Shown here piece after piece: positions 8,697 to 18,065 of a DNA stretch of 64,000 nt; within the stretch, counting starts at the first letter, position 1; the number at the start of each line of letters is the position of its first letter. Source of the DNA: Candidatus Iainarchaeum sp. (GTDB lineage Archaea > Iainarchaeota > Iainarchaeia > Iainarchaeales > GCA-2688035); NCBI GenBank assembly GCA_017610205.1, contig JAFCCL010000005.1:11221-75220 (forward strand), written 5' to 3'. The notes under the pieces are model-generated. The model was not told the origin of the DNA. It was given only the letters and a program-made list of their open reading frames with translations, and searched no databases. The translations under genes were made by a program, and so were the position numbers.

Positions 8697-8812
8697 TTCA
8701 ATCCCTTTCTGAATTGTTTTTTCATTTCAATCCCTTTCTGAATTGTTTTTTCATTTCAATCCCTTTCTGAATTGTTTTTTCATTTCAATCCCTTTCTGAA
8801 TTCTTTTTCAAG
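8697..8812. repeat. 29-bp tandem repeat x4 (ttcaatccctttctgaattgttttttcat) spanning the Taw3 stop / LigT start junction
   Basis: Copies begin at 8697, 8726, 8755 and 8784 (last diverged). On the minus strand each copy reads ATGAAAAAACAATTCAGAAAGGGATTGAAATGA = MKKQFRKGLK* with overlapping stop/start. Confidence 0.9.
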
Positions 8813-9403
8813 TCTTTTTAAAAGAGAATAATTCTTTTCAAGCTTTTCGTTTGCCCTTTCAAGAATGTATTTCATATACTCTTTTTCAACCAAGACTTTT
8901 TTTCTTTTTTTTACTGGAAATGCAATTCCCTGGCTTCCCTGCAATTCAACCAAAAACTTCCCTGGTTTTGCAACAATTATTCCACCCCTTTTTACGCCTG
9001 CTTTTGTCATTGCAGCCAAAACCTTTTTGGAGTTTTCAAGGCTGTCTGCTCCAATGTGCAAAATGAACGGGTCCAGTTTGAACCATAGCTCGCCACTGGT
9101 GACTGCATTAATTCCTTCCCATAGTTCTTTTTCTTTTACAATCCGGTGCCATTTCCTGTGAAAACTTGCATCTTTTTTGCTTTCGCCTTTTGGAAGCTGC
9201 AACAAAATTATTCTTCCTGCGCAGCTGCTGCTTGTGAAAAAATTTTTTGTCTTTGAGACAAACCTGCACATTGGAATAATTTGCTTGTCGGCTTTTCCTT
9301 CATTGACTGCTTTCTCAAAGCTTTTTTTGTGCATGGCGTTAACCATTGTAAATCGTTCAATGCCTGCGAATTTTTTTTTGTTCAAATCAGAATTTTTTCC
9401 CAT
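8780..9403 (-). CDS. taw3: tRNA wybutosine-pathway methyltransferase Taw3 (TYW3 family)
   Basis: 207 aa with the SSCAGR(I) motif (TSSSCAGRIILL) characteristic of TYW3; C-terminus KEFRKGLK* is encoded by the tandem repeat. Confidence 0.55.
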   Translation of the reverse strand: MGKNSDLNKKKFAGIERFTMVNAMHKKSFEKAVNEGKADKQIIPMCRFVSKTKNFFTSSSCAGRIILLQLPKGESKKDASFHRKWHRIVKEKELWEGINAVTSGELWFKLDPFILHIGADSLENSKKVLAAMTKAGVKRGGIIVAKPGKFLVELQGSQGIAFPVKKRKKVLVEKEYMKYILERANEKLEKNYSLLKRLEKEFRKGLK

Positions 9404-9440
9404 TCAATCAATTCCTTTCAATTATTTTTATTTTCCATTT

Positions 9441-10103
9441 TTAAATCAGAATCTCTTTCCATTTCAATTCGTCTTCCAATTCAAGCAATAGTGCTCTTCC
9501 TTCTTTTACTGCTCCAATATTGATGCTGGTTGTTTTTCCGATTTTTTCCTCTCCAAAAGAGTTATGTGCATGTCCGCAAATATGGAGTAAGGGCTGCTCT
9601 TTTTCCAGAACCTCTTTTACTGCCTTGCTTCCTATATGCTTTCCGTTGCTTTTTGAAATGTCAATTCCTAATCCAAACGGAGGCAAATGAGTAAGCAATA
9701 TAACATTTTTTTCATTATGCATTAGTTCAAGCAATGTTTTTTTTATTTTTTCTTCGCTTGAAAGAAAATTGCCTTCGTTGCCATCAATTCCTCCACCAAA
9801 CCCTGCAAAAGTAAATTTTCCAATTTTTTCCTTTTTTCCATGCAATGAAATCTTTTTTTCTTCAAGAATTTTCAATACACTCAAACTATCCATATTGCCG
9901 GGAACGGCTAAAACCTTAAATTCTTCAAGTGGCTTTAGTACTTCTTTGGCTTGGTTTGTCTCTCCGCATTCTGTCAAATCTCCTGTTACTAATGCCAAAT
10001 CCAAGTCTTCGTTATGTATAAGTTCCACTATCTGTTTTACTTTGGATGACAATCCGTGAATATCTCCTAATGCAAGTATTTTCATTTTTAGATGCTTTTC
10101 CAA
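9441..10103 (-). CDS. calcineurin-like metallophosphoesterase
   Basis: GDIHG, GNMD and GHAH motifs; true start probably MKILALGDIHG at comp 10085. Confidence 0.65.
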   Translation of the reverse strand: MEKHLKMKILALGDIHGLSSKVKQIVELIHNEDLDLALVTGDLTECGETNQAKEVLKPLEEFKVLAVPGNMDSLSVLKILEEKKISLHGKKEKIGKFTFAGFGGGIDGNEGNFLSSEEKIKKTLLELMHNEKNVILLTHLPPFGLGIDISKSNGKHIGSKAVKEVLEKEQPLLHICGHAHNSFGEEKIGKTTSINIGAVKEGRALLLELEDELKWKEILI

Positions 10104-10197
10104 TGCAAGTATTGTTTCAGATACTATTTCAACATAACTATTTTCATTTTAGATACCTTTTTAATTTTGTTAAGACGTAATATTATTGGGGTTGTAA

Positions 10198-10977
10198 TTG
10201 TTTAAAAGAATACTTGTATTATTTTGTTTTCTAATGCTTGCCAGCCAGGCTTTTGCTGCAATATATCCTGTAGAGCCTGTTGACACCAAACTTTCAGCCG
10301 GTGATGAAATTTCCTTTGGAAAGATTGCAAGAGGAGAAACTCTCAGGATTATTGTTAAGAAAAAAAGTGATTTGGGCAGTGATTGGGTTTCTATTGGAGT
10401 TAGTGGGTTGCCTTCTGGTTGGGAAGCTGAAACTGTTGAAACAGACAAAACTTTGATTGCTTTGGTTTCTGTTGCTCCGGATGCTGAAATAAGCACCCAG
10501 CGCGTAATGTTTACTGTTGCAAACAATTCAATACCAAGTTTGAATGAATCATTTTACGGTTCTGTTTCGGTAAATGAAAATTTACTGGATATATCTTTTG
10601 AAAGCCTTGCACTTAATGCCTCTCTTGGCGAACCAACAGAAGCTGTTTTGGTAATTAATAATGATTCAATTGCCCGGCATTTTCTTGTTGTGAAAAGCAC
10701 CCTGCCTGATTACTGGTTTTCTGAAAAAACAATTGAGCTTGCTCCACTTGAAACAAGACAGGTTTTGATAGAGATTGTACCGCACTCTTATGGTGAAAAA
10801 AACTTTTCGTTTAACGTTTTTTCTACACTGAATTCTAATAGTTTAAGCTTTCCTGCAAAGCTTGATGTAAAGCCAACTCTTTTAGGGATGTTTAGGGCTC
10901 CGTCCGCAGGCTTTTCTTTTTTCTCGCCAGGTATGCTGCCCTATTATCTTATTAGCAGTCTGCTTAGCTTTTTTTAA
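10198..10977 (+). CDS. secreted/surface protein with N-terminal signal peptide and C-terminal hydrophobic anchor
   Basis: MFKRILVLFCFLMLASQAFA signal; C-terminus ...SPGMLPYYLISSLLSFF resembles a PGF-CTERM-like sorting tail. Confidence 0.4.
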   Translation: MFKRILVLFCFLMLASQAFAAIYPVEPVDTKLSAGDEISFGKIARGETLRIIVKKKSDLGSDWVSIGVSGLPSGWEAETVETDKTLIALVSVAPDAEISTQRVMFTVANNSIPSLNESFYGSVSVNENLLDISFESLALNASLGEPTEAVLVINNDSIARHFLVVKSTLPDYWFSEKTIELAPLETRQVLIEIVPHSYGEKNFSFNVFSTLNSNSLSFPAKLDVKPTLLGMFRAPSAGFSFFSPGMLPYYLISSLLSFF

Positions 10978-10984
10978 TTGACTT

Positions 10985-12568
10985 GTGTGGTTTTTTTTGA
11001 ATAAAACAAAAGTCTATTCGCGTGATTTAATTTCCTTAATTGAATCAGGAAAAATTGTTTCAAGAGAACGGTTAAATGAGGCAAAGATTGCACTTTGTTC
11101 AAAGCACAAGCTTTCAGACATGCCTTCAAATGCAACAATCCTTTCTTTTGCAAAAAAGAGAACCGATGTTTTGCTAAATCTTCTTAAGGTAAAGCCTACC
11201 AGAAGTTTGAGTGGAATAACGGTTGTTGCAATAATGTCAAAGCCGCATAACTGTCCTGGAAAATGCATTTATTGTCCTGGAAGCCTTTTGCCTGGTAAAA
11301 AAACTCCAAAGAGTTATACTGGAAAAGAGCCTGCTACAATGAGGGCAATTAACATGGGTTTTGATCCAAATAAGCAGATTAAAAACAGAATATGCCAGCT
11401 TAGGGAAGCCGGACACAACACCAGTAAGATTGAATTAATTGTAATGGGTGGAACTTTTTTAAGTCAGACAAAGGCCTATCAGGAAAAATTTATGCTTTCT
11501 TCAATAAACACTTTGTCCAATTCAAGGGCAAAAACAATTGAGTCTGCAAAAAAACTGGCTGAGAAAAGCAAAACAAGAATTGCAGGAATTACTTTTGAAA
11601 CACGACCTGATTTCTGCGGTAAAAACGAAATTCAACAAATGCTAATGTTTGGCGGAACCAGATGTGAACTTGGTGTTCAAACAATTTATGACAAAACCTA
11701 CAAAAAAATAAACCGTGGGCATACAATTGCCGATGTTGTAACAGCAACAGAGCTTTTGAAGGATTCCTGTTTTAAGATAGCTTACCATTATATGCCTGGA
11801 CTGCCGTCTGTTTCATTTTCAGAGGACAAGAAAGCATTAAAGGCCCTTTTTAAAAATCCTGATTTTATGCCTGACAATCTCAAAATATATCCCTGTCTTG
11901 TGATTGAGGGAACAAAGCTTTATTCTTGGTGGAAGCAAGGCAAGTACAGTCCTTTTTCAACAGAAAAAGCCGTAAAACTGCTTGTTTATGCAAAGCGTTT
12001 TGTTCCCCGCTGGGCAAGAATTATGCGCATTCAGCGTGATATCCCTGCACAGCTTATTTCCGCAGGCGTAAAAAAAAGCAATCTCAGGCAGCTTGTGCAG
12101 GAGGAGTTGCATTCAAAGGGACTTAAATGTAGTTGTATAAGATGCAGGGAAGCAGGGCTTCTTTCACGCAAAGGAATTCAGGCAACTGATCCAAAAATGT
12201 TTGTTGAAAAATATAATGCAAGTAATGGCAGGGAATTTTTTATTTCTTTTGAGGACAAAAAAAGACAATGCCTGTTTGGTTTTGCAAGGCTTAGAATGCC
12301 TGCAAATCCTTTTATGGAGGAAATAGGCTGTGACACTGGTCTTGTAAGGGAACTGCGTGTTTTTGGGTTGCCAATGGATTTGCATGAGAGGAAAAAGCAT
12401 GCATTGCAGCATAAGGGCTTTGGAAAAGCTCTTTTAAAAAAGACCGAAGAAATTTCACTTGATTTTGGTGCAAAAAAGCTTTTGGTAATAAGCGGGCTTG
12501 GAGTAAAGCCTTATTATTATTCTCAGGGTTTTAAGCCTGATGGTTTTTTTGTATCAAAAGTCATTTAA
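10985..12568 (+). CDS. elp3: Elongator complex protein 3 homologue (radical SAM + GNAT; tRNA U34 modification)
   Basis: KPHNCPGKCIYCPG radical-SAM cluster motif; length and C-terminal acetyltransferase region typical of archaeal Elp3. Confidence 0.85.
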   Translation: MWFFLNKTKVYSRDLISLIESGKIVSRERLNEAKIALCSKHKLSDMPSNATILSFAKKRTDVLLNLLKVKPTRSLSGITVVAIMSKPHNCPGKCIYCPGSLLPGKKTPKSYTGKEPATMRAINMGFDPNKQIKNRICQLREAGHNTSKIELIVMGGTFLSQTKAYQEKFMLSSINTLSNSRAKTIESAKKLAEKSKTRIAGITFETRPDFCGKNEIQQMLMFGGTRCELGVQTIYDKTYKKINRGHTIADVVTATELLKDSCFKIAYHYMPGLPSVSFSEDKKALKALFKNPDFMPDNLKIYPCLVIEGTKLYSWWKQGKYSPFSTEKAVKLLVYAKRFVPRWARIMRIQRDIPAQLISAGVKKSNLRQLVQEELHSKGLKCSCIRCREAGLLSRKGIQATDPKMFVEKYNASNGREFFISFEDKKRQCLFGFARLRMPANPFMEEIGCDTGLVRELRVFGLPMDLHERKKHALQHKGFGKALLKKTEEISLDFGAKKLLVISGLGVKPYYYSQGFKPDGFFVSKVI

Positions 12569-12594
12569 ACAACTTTGAACTTATTGTTTTATTC

Positions 12595-12900
12595 ATGAGT
12601 CCGGAAGATAAATGGATTCTTTTCCTTGAGCGCAATCCGTCTTTTTTTAAGCTAAGTAAGGATTCTTTTTCATTAAATGTTCTTGAAAAAGTAGGTGCTG
12701 GAAGCAAAAGCACGACCGGCTTAAAAAAGTTTTTCCCCGGAATAAGTGAGCGAAAGCTAAGGATTTCGTTGAACAGGCTGATTGAGTATAATGTGATTGC
12801 AAGTGTAATGCTTGGTTCAAAGAATTTTTATATAATAACTGATAATGGAAAAAAACTTCTTTCAGAATACAAAAAAGTAAGCAAATTTTTCAAAGCATAA
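12595..12900 (+). CDS. hypothetical small protein, possible winged-helix DNA binding
   Basis: ORF track; 101 aa; no firm motif. Confidence 0.3.
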   Translation: MSPEDKWILFLERNPSFFKLSKDSFSLNVLEKVGAGSKSTTGLKKFFPGISERKLRISLNRLIEYNVIASVMLGSKNFYIITDNGKKLLSEYKKVSKFFKA

Positions 12901-12974
12901 TCGCCCTGTTTTAAAAGCTTTTTCCAGAATTTAATATATAGTATATATTGGATTTTTTAAGAGGGTAAAAAAAA

Positions 12975-13373
12975 ATGACAAGAGCTCTTGTGGCTGTTTT
13001 AGGAATTGGAAAGGGAACCTGGGGTCATATTGCAAGACTAATTACTAAAGATGAGTGGGATAAAATTCTGCTTGTTGGAAACGAATGGGGTAAGGAAAAT
13101 TTTTCTCCTTTCAAAAAAGGCGCTGAAGGTTCTCCTGCTCCTGAAAAAGAAATTGACTGGATATTGGTAAACAACAGGGTTGGTTTTAATATTCTAAAGG
13201 ACACAATAAAGGAACAATTGCCTGTTGTTGACGAAATATGTGTGTCATTAATTAGTGGCAGTGGAAAAGAGCATATTGCATTACTTGCGGCTTTAAAGGA
13301 ATCCGGCAAGAAATTCAAACTTGTTATTCTTTCAAAAAATGAGTCAGGGCAAGCAGGTCCACAGTACTTTTAA
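12975..13373 (+). CDS. hypothetical Rossmann-like small protein (132 aa)
   Basis: N-terminal LVAVLGIGKGTWG beta-strand/Gly-loop; strong archaeal TATA-like element (tttaatatatagtatatatt) about 40 nt upstream. Confidence 0.3.
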   Translation: MTRALVAVLGIGKGTWGHIARLITKDEWDKILLVGNEWGKENFSPFKKGAEGSPAPEKEIDWILVNNRVGFNILKDTIKEQLPVVDEICVSLISGSGKEHIALLAALKESGKKFKLVILSKNESGQAGPQYF

Positions 13374-13408
13374 GCATTTTTTTTCAATGCAGGAAATTTC
13401 ATGGTGTT

Positions 13409-13774
13409 TTGCATTTGTTTGAAATCTTTTTGTTAATTCTTTCAATTGTCCTGTTTCTGATTCTTATTTTTCTAATTAAAAAAGTTTTTTCTCTAAGACA
13501 AACTATTGAGGATTTGCGTTTTAAAAAAAGAAGCCAGGCAGTAAAATATGGTCAGCTTACAGAGCAATTTATTCCATTTATTGAATCCTTTCCATACGAC
13601 CCACAGCAATTTCGCTTTCTTGGAAATCCTATTGACGGAGTTTTGTTTGACGAAGAAGAAATAGTGTTCTGCGAATTCAAAACAGCTTCAAGCCAGCTCA
13701 ATCAAAGGCAGAAGCAAATAAAACAGCTTGTTGAAAACAAAAAGGTAAAATGGCTTGAGTTCAGGGTTGATTAA
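13409..13774 (+). CDS. membrane-anchored PD-(D/E)xK nuclease (Holliday-junction-resolvase-like fold)
   Basis: N-terminal TM helix (IFLLILSIVLFLILIFLI), then IDGVLFDEEEIVFCEFKT = D...E.K nuclease core. Confidence 0.45.
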   Translation: MHLFEIFLLILSIVLFLILIFLIKKVFSLRQTIEDLRFKKRSQAVKYGQLTEQFIPFIESFPYDPQQFRFLGNPIDGVLFDEEEIVFCEFKTASSQLNQRQKQIKQLVENKKVKWLEFRVD

Positions 13775-15137
13775 CAGGTTCTGTAATCTTTTTTTGTTTT
13801 TCCTCAAAAGCCTTTCCATCCCAGCAGTAAAGGCACAATTCATTGTTGTTTTTTCCAATAGCTTCAAACAGGTCCTTCAATGTATTGTAAACCAGGCTAT
13901 CTGCTTCAATATATTTGCATATTCCTTCAACAGACATTTTTCTTGCAATTAGTTCGTCATAGTTTCTTGTTGCAATGCCATACCTGCATGGGTGCATTAA
14001 TGGAGGGACTGCAATTCTGACATGGACCTCTTTTGCACCTGCTTTTTTCAGCTCTTTTACCTTTTCCCTAATTTGTGTCCCCCTTACAATGCTGTCATCG
14101 CATAGAACAATTTTTTTTCCTTTAACAGCCTCTTTTAGTACACTTAATTTTTTCTTTGCCATGTTGTTTCTTTCTTCCTGTGTTGCCTGTGTATAGCTTC
14201 TGTCACCATACCTGTCAAGCAAAAAAACACTTTTTAACGGAACACCGCTTTCCAAATGGTATCCTTCAGCATGTCCTATTCCGCTGTTTGGCACTGGTGC
14301 AACAATATCGGCTTTAAGTTTGCCACTGTCTTTTTTTGCAAGCATTGCCCCCATATTGTTTCTTGCCTTGTCAACCGATACGCCATCAATTACTGAGTCA
14401 ACGCTTGCTGTATAAGCCCATTCAAATGCACAATGTGCTGTTCTCTTTCCTGCTGAATGCTTTAATGTCTTAAATCCGCTTCCGTCAATAAAAACAATTT
14501 CGCCTGGTTTCACATCTCTTACAATTTCCAGTTCAAGATTTTGCAAAGCCCTGCTTTCTGATGAAACAGCATAGTCCTTTCCATTGCTTCCGAGAATAAG
14601 TGGCTTAAATCCAAGCGGGTCTCTTGCTGCAAAAATGCCGTCTGGTGTAAGAATAAGAATACAATAGCTTCCTTCAATTGTCTTGTTTATTGCTTCAATT
14701 CCTTCAACAAAGCTTTCTTCCTGTGCAATTATTTTTGCAAGGAGTTCAATCTGGCTGTCAAGCCAAAAACTGTAGCCTCTTTTTTTAAATTGTGGTATTA
14801 AATCTCCTGCATTTGCAATATTGCCGTTGAAGCATATTGCAAAATCCCCTAGTTTGCTGTGCAATGTCATTGGCTGCCTGTCATTTAGGCTTACATGCCC
14901 TATTCCAAAATGTCCGTCTAACTCTTCAAAATCTTCTCTTGTAAAAGTCTGGTCAACCATTCCCTTATGGCTTTGAATTTTTATTTTGTTTCCATCGCTT
15001 GTGGCAATTCCACAGTACTGCTGCCCCCTGTGCTGTAAAAAATGAAGTGCTAAATGAATTTGCTTAACAACCTTGTCGTTGCTGTAAAGCCCAAAAACTC
15101 CGCAGTTTTCCTTTACTTCACCCAAAGAACTCACCAA
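13761..15137 (-). CDS. purF: amidophosphoribosyltransferase
   Basis: N-terminal CGVFGL nucleophile motif, PRTase domain, C-terminal Cys cluster; 458 aa. Confidence 0.85.
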   Translation of the reverse strand: MVSSLGEVKENCGVFGLYSNDKVVKQIHLALHFLQHRGQQYCGIATSDGNKIKIQSHKGMVDQTFTREDFEELDGHFGIGHVSLNDRQPMTLHSKLGDFAICFNGNIANAGDLIPQFKKRGYSFWLDSQIELLAKIIAQEESFVEGIEAINKTIEGSYCILILTPDGIFAARDPLGFKPLILGSNGKDYAVSSESRALQNLELEIVRDVKPGEIVFIDGSGFKTLKHSAGKRTAHCAFEWAYTASVDSVIDGVSVDKARNNMGAMLAKKDSGKLKADIVAPVPNSGIGHAEGYHLESGVPLKSVFLLDRYGDRSYTQATQEERNNMAKKKLSVLKEAVKGKKIVLCDDSIVRGTQIREKVKELKKAGAKEVHVRIAVPPLMHPCRYGIATRNYDELIARKMSVEGICKYIEADSLVYNTLKDLFEAIGKNNNELCLYCWDGKAFEEKQKKITEPVNQP

Positions 15138-15169
15138 TAAAAAAATTAACCCAAAAAAACCTTAAAAAG

Positions 15170-16219
15170 CTATCCTGTAATTTTATACCTTAGAATCGCG
15201 GCAATGCCTCCAAGGTTTTGCAGTGTTTTTCCTGCTTCATGCTCTGAATTTATCAAATGCACTTCAGAGCCTGTTTTTTCTGCATCCTGCATCACTTTTT
15301 CGGTTTCTTCTCTTTTTTCAAGCAAAAATTTGTCTGTAACAAGCAGCATTTGCACTGCTCCGACCTTTACTGCTTTTTTTACTTCCTTAAGCCCGTATTC
15401 TGCAATACCTAAGTCTTTCCCAAGCTCTGCCAAAATCTTTTCCACAAGAACTGTTTCTTTTACAATTTGCATTTCCTGCGCAATTTTTTCCAAAGCATTG
15501 CCTTTTAGCAGTTCCTGCAATCCTGTTTTTCCCACGCTGTTTGTTGCCGAGTAAAAGAACTGAATTTCTTTTGGCATTCTTTTTTCTTCCAAAAACTTTT
15601 GGAATTCCTCTTTTGTAAAACCAGGTCCTGCAACAATTGCCTTTTCCGGTTTTATTTCTAAAATCTTTTCAAGAATTTCTGCAAAATACTTTCCCTTTAC
15701 ATCTTCTCCCTTAAATTGTTTTCCTGACTTTCCGCTTTTCATAGATGCCTTTTCTTCAAGTTCAAATTCGCGCAAAATAGCAAAGCTTGCCTGTTCATCA
15801 TCCAGTACTACCAGCAAAACCTTTCCTTTTTTTGTTGCCTCGGCAGCTTTTTTTATTCTTTCAATTTGAAATTTTTTTAAAGCCTGTTTTTTTATCTTCA
15901 CATCCTTGCCCAAGACTATTTCAAGCGAATGCTGTGCTCCCATTTCCAAAAACTCCACTGGCTTTCCGCCTGTAATAATTCCGCTTACTCTAAGCTGCCC
16001 CAAAAATCTGTGGAATTCGACATTGTCTGCATCAAGCTCGATAAACATCTTTACTCTTTTTGGCTTTTCTCCTGCTTCTTTTGGCTTTATTTTTCTGTCA
16101 CTTGGTCCTGAAACAAGGTCGTGTTTTTCTATTATTCTTTCAAGGTGCCACAAATCATCTTCTATTTCCGGAACAATGTGAAGAAAATTTTCCCGTGTAT
16201 CAATTTTCAAAATTCTCAT
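15170..16219 (-). CDS. pelA: Pelota/Dom34 mRNA surveillance factor
   Basis: 349 aa; MRILKIDTRENFLHIVPEIEDDLWHL N-terminus and eRF1-like domains. Confidence 0.85.
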   Translation of the reverse strand: MRILKIDTRENFLHIVPEIEDDLWHLERIIEKHDLVSGPSDRKIKPKEAGEKPKRVKMFIELDADNVEFHRFLGQLRVSGIITGGKPVEFLEMGAQHSLEIVLGKDVKIKKQALKKFQIERIKKAAEATKKGKVLLVVLDDEQASFAILREFELEEKASMKSGKSGKQFKGEDVKGKYFAEILEKILEIKPEKAIVAGPGFTKEEFQKFLEEKRMPKEIQFFYSATNSVGKTGLQELLKGNALEKIAQEMQIVKETVLVEKILAELGKDLGIAEYGLKEVKKAVKVGAVQMLLVTDKFLLEKREETEKVMQDAEKTGSEVHLINSEHEAGKTLQNLGGIAAILRYKITG

Positions 16220-16228
16220 AAAAACGCC

Positions 16229-18013
16229 TTAGGTGTAATAGTAATTTCCTTTTTCTTTTTGTTCTCTGTCAAGTACGCTTTCTTGTTTATTTATTCTGGG
16301 TCTTCCGTTTTTTTCTCTTCTCAATGTAATTCCAAGGCTTTTTAGCAAGGCGTTCATTCCGTGTTCCATGTCTGTTGGCATGTTTGCAATTCCTTTTTTT
16401 GATGGAATTCCGTCAAAGAACATTATTCTGTCAGACAAATAATCGAGGAAAACAAGATCGTGGTCTATAATCAGGGCTGAAATATCCTTTGTGTTTACAA
16501 TGTTTCTGATTGCTTTTGTTGCCTTAAGCCTTTGCTCTACATCCAGGTGGGCTGATGGTTCATCCATAAGAATTATGTCTGCTTTCTGTGAAATGCAGCC
16601 TGCAATTGCAACCCTTTGAAGTTCTCCGCCTGATAATGTTTCAAGAGTTTTTTCAAGCAATGGTTCAATTTCAAGCGCGTGCAATATGTCTGACTTGTAT
16701 AATTCGCTTCCAAAGTCGTTGCTTTTTTCCCTTAAAAATTCTTCAACGGTTTTTCCCTTTTCAGGAATTAACTGCTGTGGCTTGTAGGCAATTTTTAGTT
16801 TTAAGTCAAACTTGCCTTTGTCTGTTTCAAGCAAGCCTGCAATTATTTTTGCAAAAGTTGTTTTTCCTGTGGCATTTTGTCCAAGAATTCCTATAACCTC
16901 GTTTCTGTTAAGCGTTCCTTTTTTTACTTTAAGTTTGAATTTTCCAAGTGTTTTTTCAAACTCTGGCCATTTGGTCAAAGCACTTTCTTTTTTTTCTTTT
17001 ACGCTGGTCTTGTCAGGAAATTCTATTGCATAATCTCTAAACCTGTAATTTTCTTCCTTTGAAAATCCTTCAATATACTCGTTTATTCCTGCCTTGGTTG
17101 TTTTAACCCTGCTTACAATTCCAAAGCATGCTGGCTTTCCATACATTAAGTGTACAAAATCGCTTAAATAATCCAAAATTATAAGATCGTGTTCCACAAC
17201 TATTACCGGAAACTGTTCTGCAATTTCCCTTATGAATTTTGCAACATTTATTCTTTGGCTTATGTCAAGGTATGCTGTTGGTTCGTCAAAAAAGAACAAT
17301 TCAGCATCCTTCATTGCAGCTGCTGCAACAGCTACTTTTTGAAGTTCTCCCCCTGAAAGTGTTTCAATTTTGTTTTCCAAAATTCTTTCAAGTTCAAGCC
17401 TTTTCACTACTTTTTCAAAAGAGTTTGTTTCATCTGCTTTTTTCAAAACACTTTCAACATTTTTTTTCCCCTTTAAGATTTTTGGCAATGCATCAATGCT
17501 TTGGGGTTTTACCGCAACCTTTATTTTTTTAAAAGAAATTTTTTCAAAGAATGCTTGTGCTTCCTTTCCCCTAAAATGCTCTATTATTTTTTCCCAGGAT
17601 GGTTTTTCTTCAAAATTTCCAAGATTTGGCACAAGCCTTCCTGACAAAATATTTAAAGCAGTGCTTTTTCCCAATCCGTTCCTTCCAATAAGCCCTACAA
17701 CATTTTTTTTCTTTGGCAATGGCAACCTGTGAAGCCTGAACAGGTTTTGGCCATACTGGTGAATTGGGTTTCCCAATTGTACTGAAAGATTTACAACACT
17801 TATTGCTTCAAAGGGGCATTTTGTTTGGCAGATAAGGCAGCCAATGCATAGTTCCTCGCTGATGCTGGGCTTTTCTTCTTCCTTGTGCGAAATGCATTCT
17901 TTTCCTGTGCGGTTAACAGGGCATACGCTTTCGCAATACCAGTTTCCGCACTTTTTTGGATTGCATCTGTCATAATTTATTACTGCAATCCTTTGCCTTG
18001 AATCCTGTTTCAT
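16229..18013 (-). CDS. abcE1: ABCE1 (RNase L inhibitor-like ribosome recycling ATPase)
   Basis: N-terminal double 4Fe-4S ferredoxin cysteine clusters plus two ABC ATPase cassettes (Walker A GLIGRNGLGKST and GILGQNATGKTT). Confidence 0.9.
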   Translation of the reverse strand: MKQDSRQRIAVINYDRCNPKKCGNWYCESVCPVNRTGKECISHKEEEKPSISEELCIGCLICQTKCPFEAISVVNLSVQLGNPIHQYGQNLFRLHRLPLPKKKNVVGLIGRNGLGKSTALNILSGRLVPNLGNFEEKPSWEKIIEHFRGKEAQAFFEKISFKKIKVAVKPQSIDALPKILKGKKNVESVLKKADETNSFEKVVKRLELERILENKIETLSGGELQKVAVAAAAMKDAELFFFDEPTAYLDISQRINVAKFIREIAEQFPVIVVEHDLIILDYLSDFVHLMYGKPACFGIVSRVKTTKAGINEYIEGFSKEENYRFRDYAIEFPDKTSVKEKKESALTKWPEFEKTLGKFKLKVKKGTLNRNEVIGILGQNATGKTTFAKIIAGLLETDKGKFDLKLKIAYKPQQLIPEKGKTVEEFLREKSNDFGSELYKSDILHALEIEPLLEKTLETLSGGELQRVAIAGCISQKADIILMDEPSAHLDVEQRLKATKAIRNIVNTKDISALIIDHDLVFLDYLSDRIMFFDGIPSKKGIANMPTDMEHGMNALLKSLGITLRREKNGRPRINKQESVLDREQKEKGNYYYT

Positions 18014-18065
18014 TGTAAAATAAATTAGAAAAGGAAAGTTAATAAAACTGTTTCAGGCATAGAAC

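Noticed and set aside
8697-8812. Possible mini-CRISPR array (regular 29-bp repeats)
   Set aside because: Copies are directly adjacent with no spacers, no cas genes are nearby, and the repeats are coding stop/start junction duplications
16588-17732. Multiple 60-120 aa plus-strand ORFs
   Set aside because: All lie antisense within the ABCE1 gene
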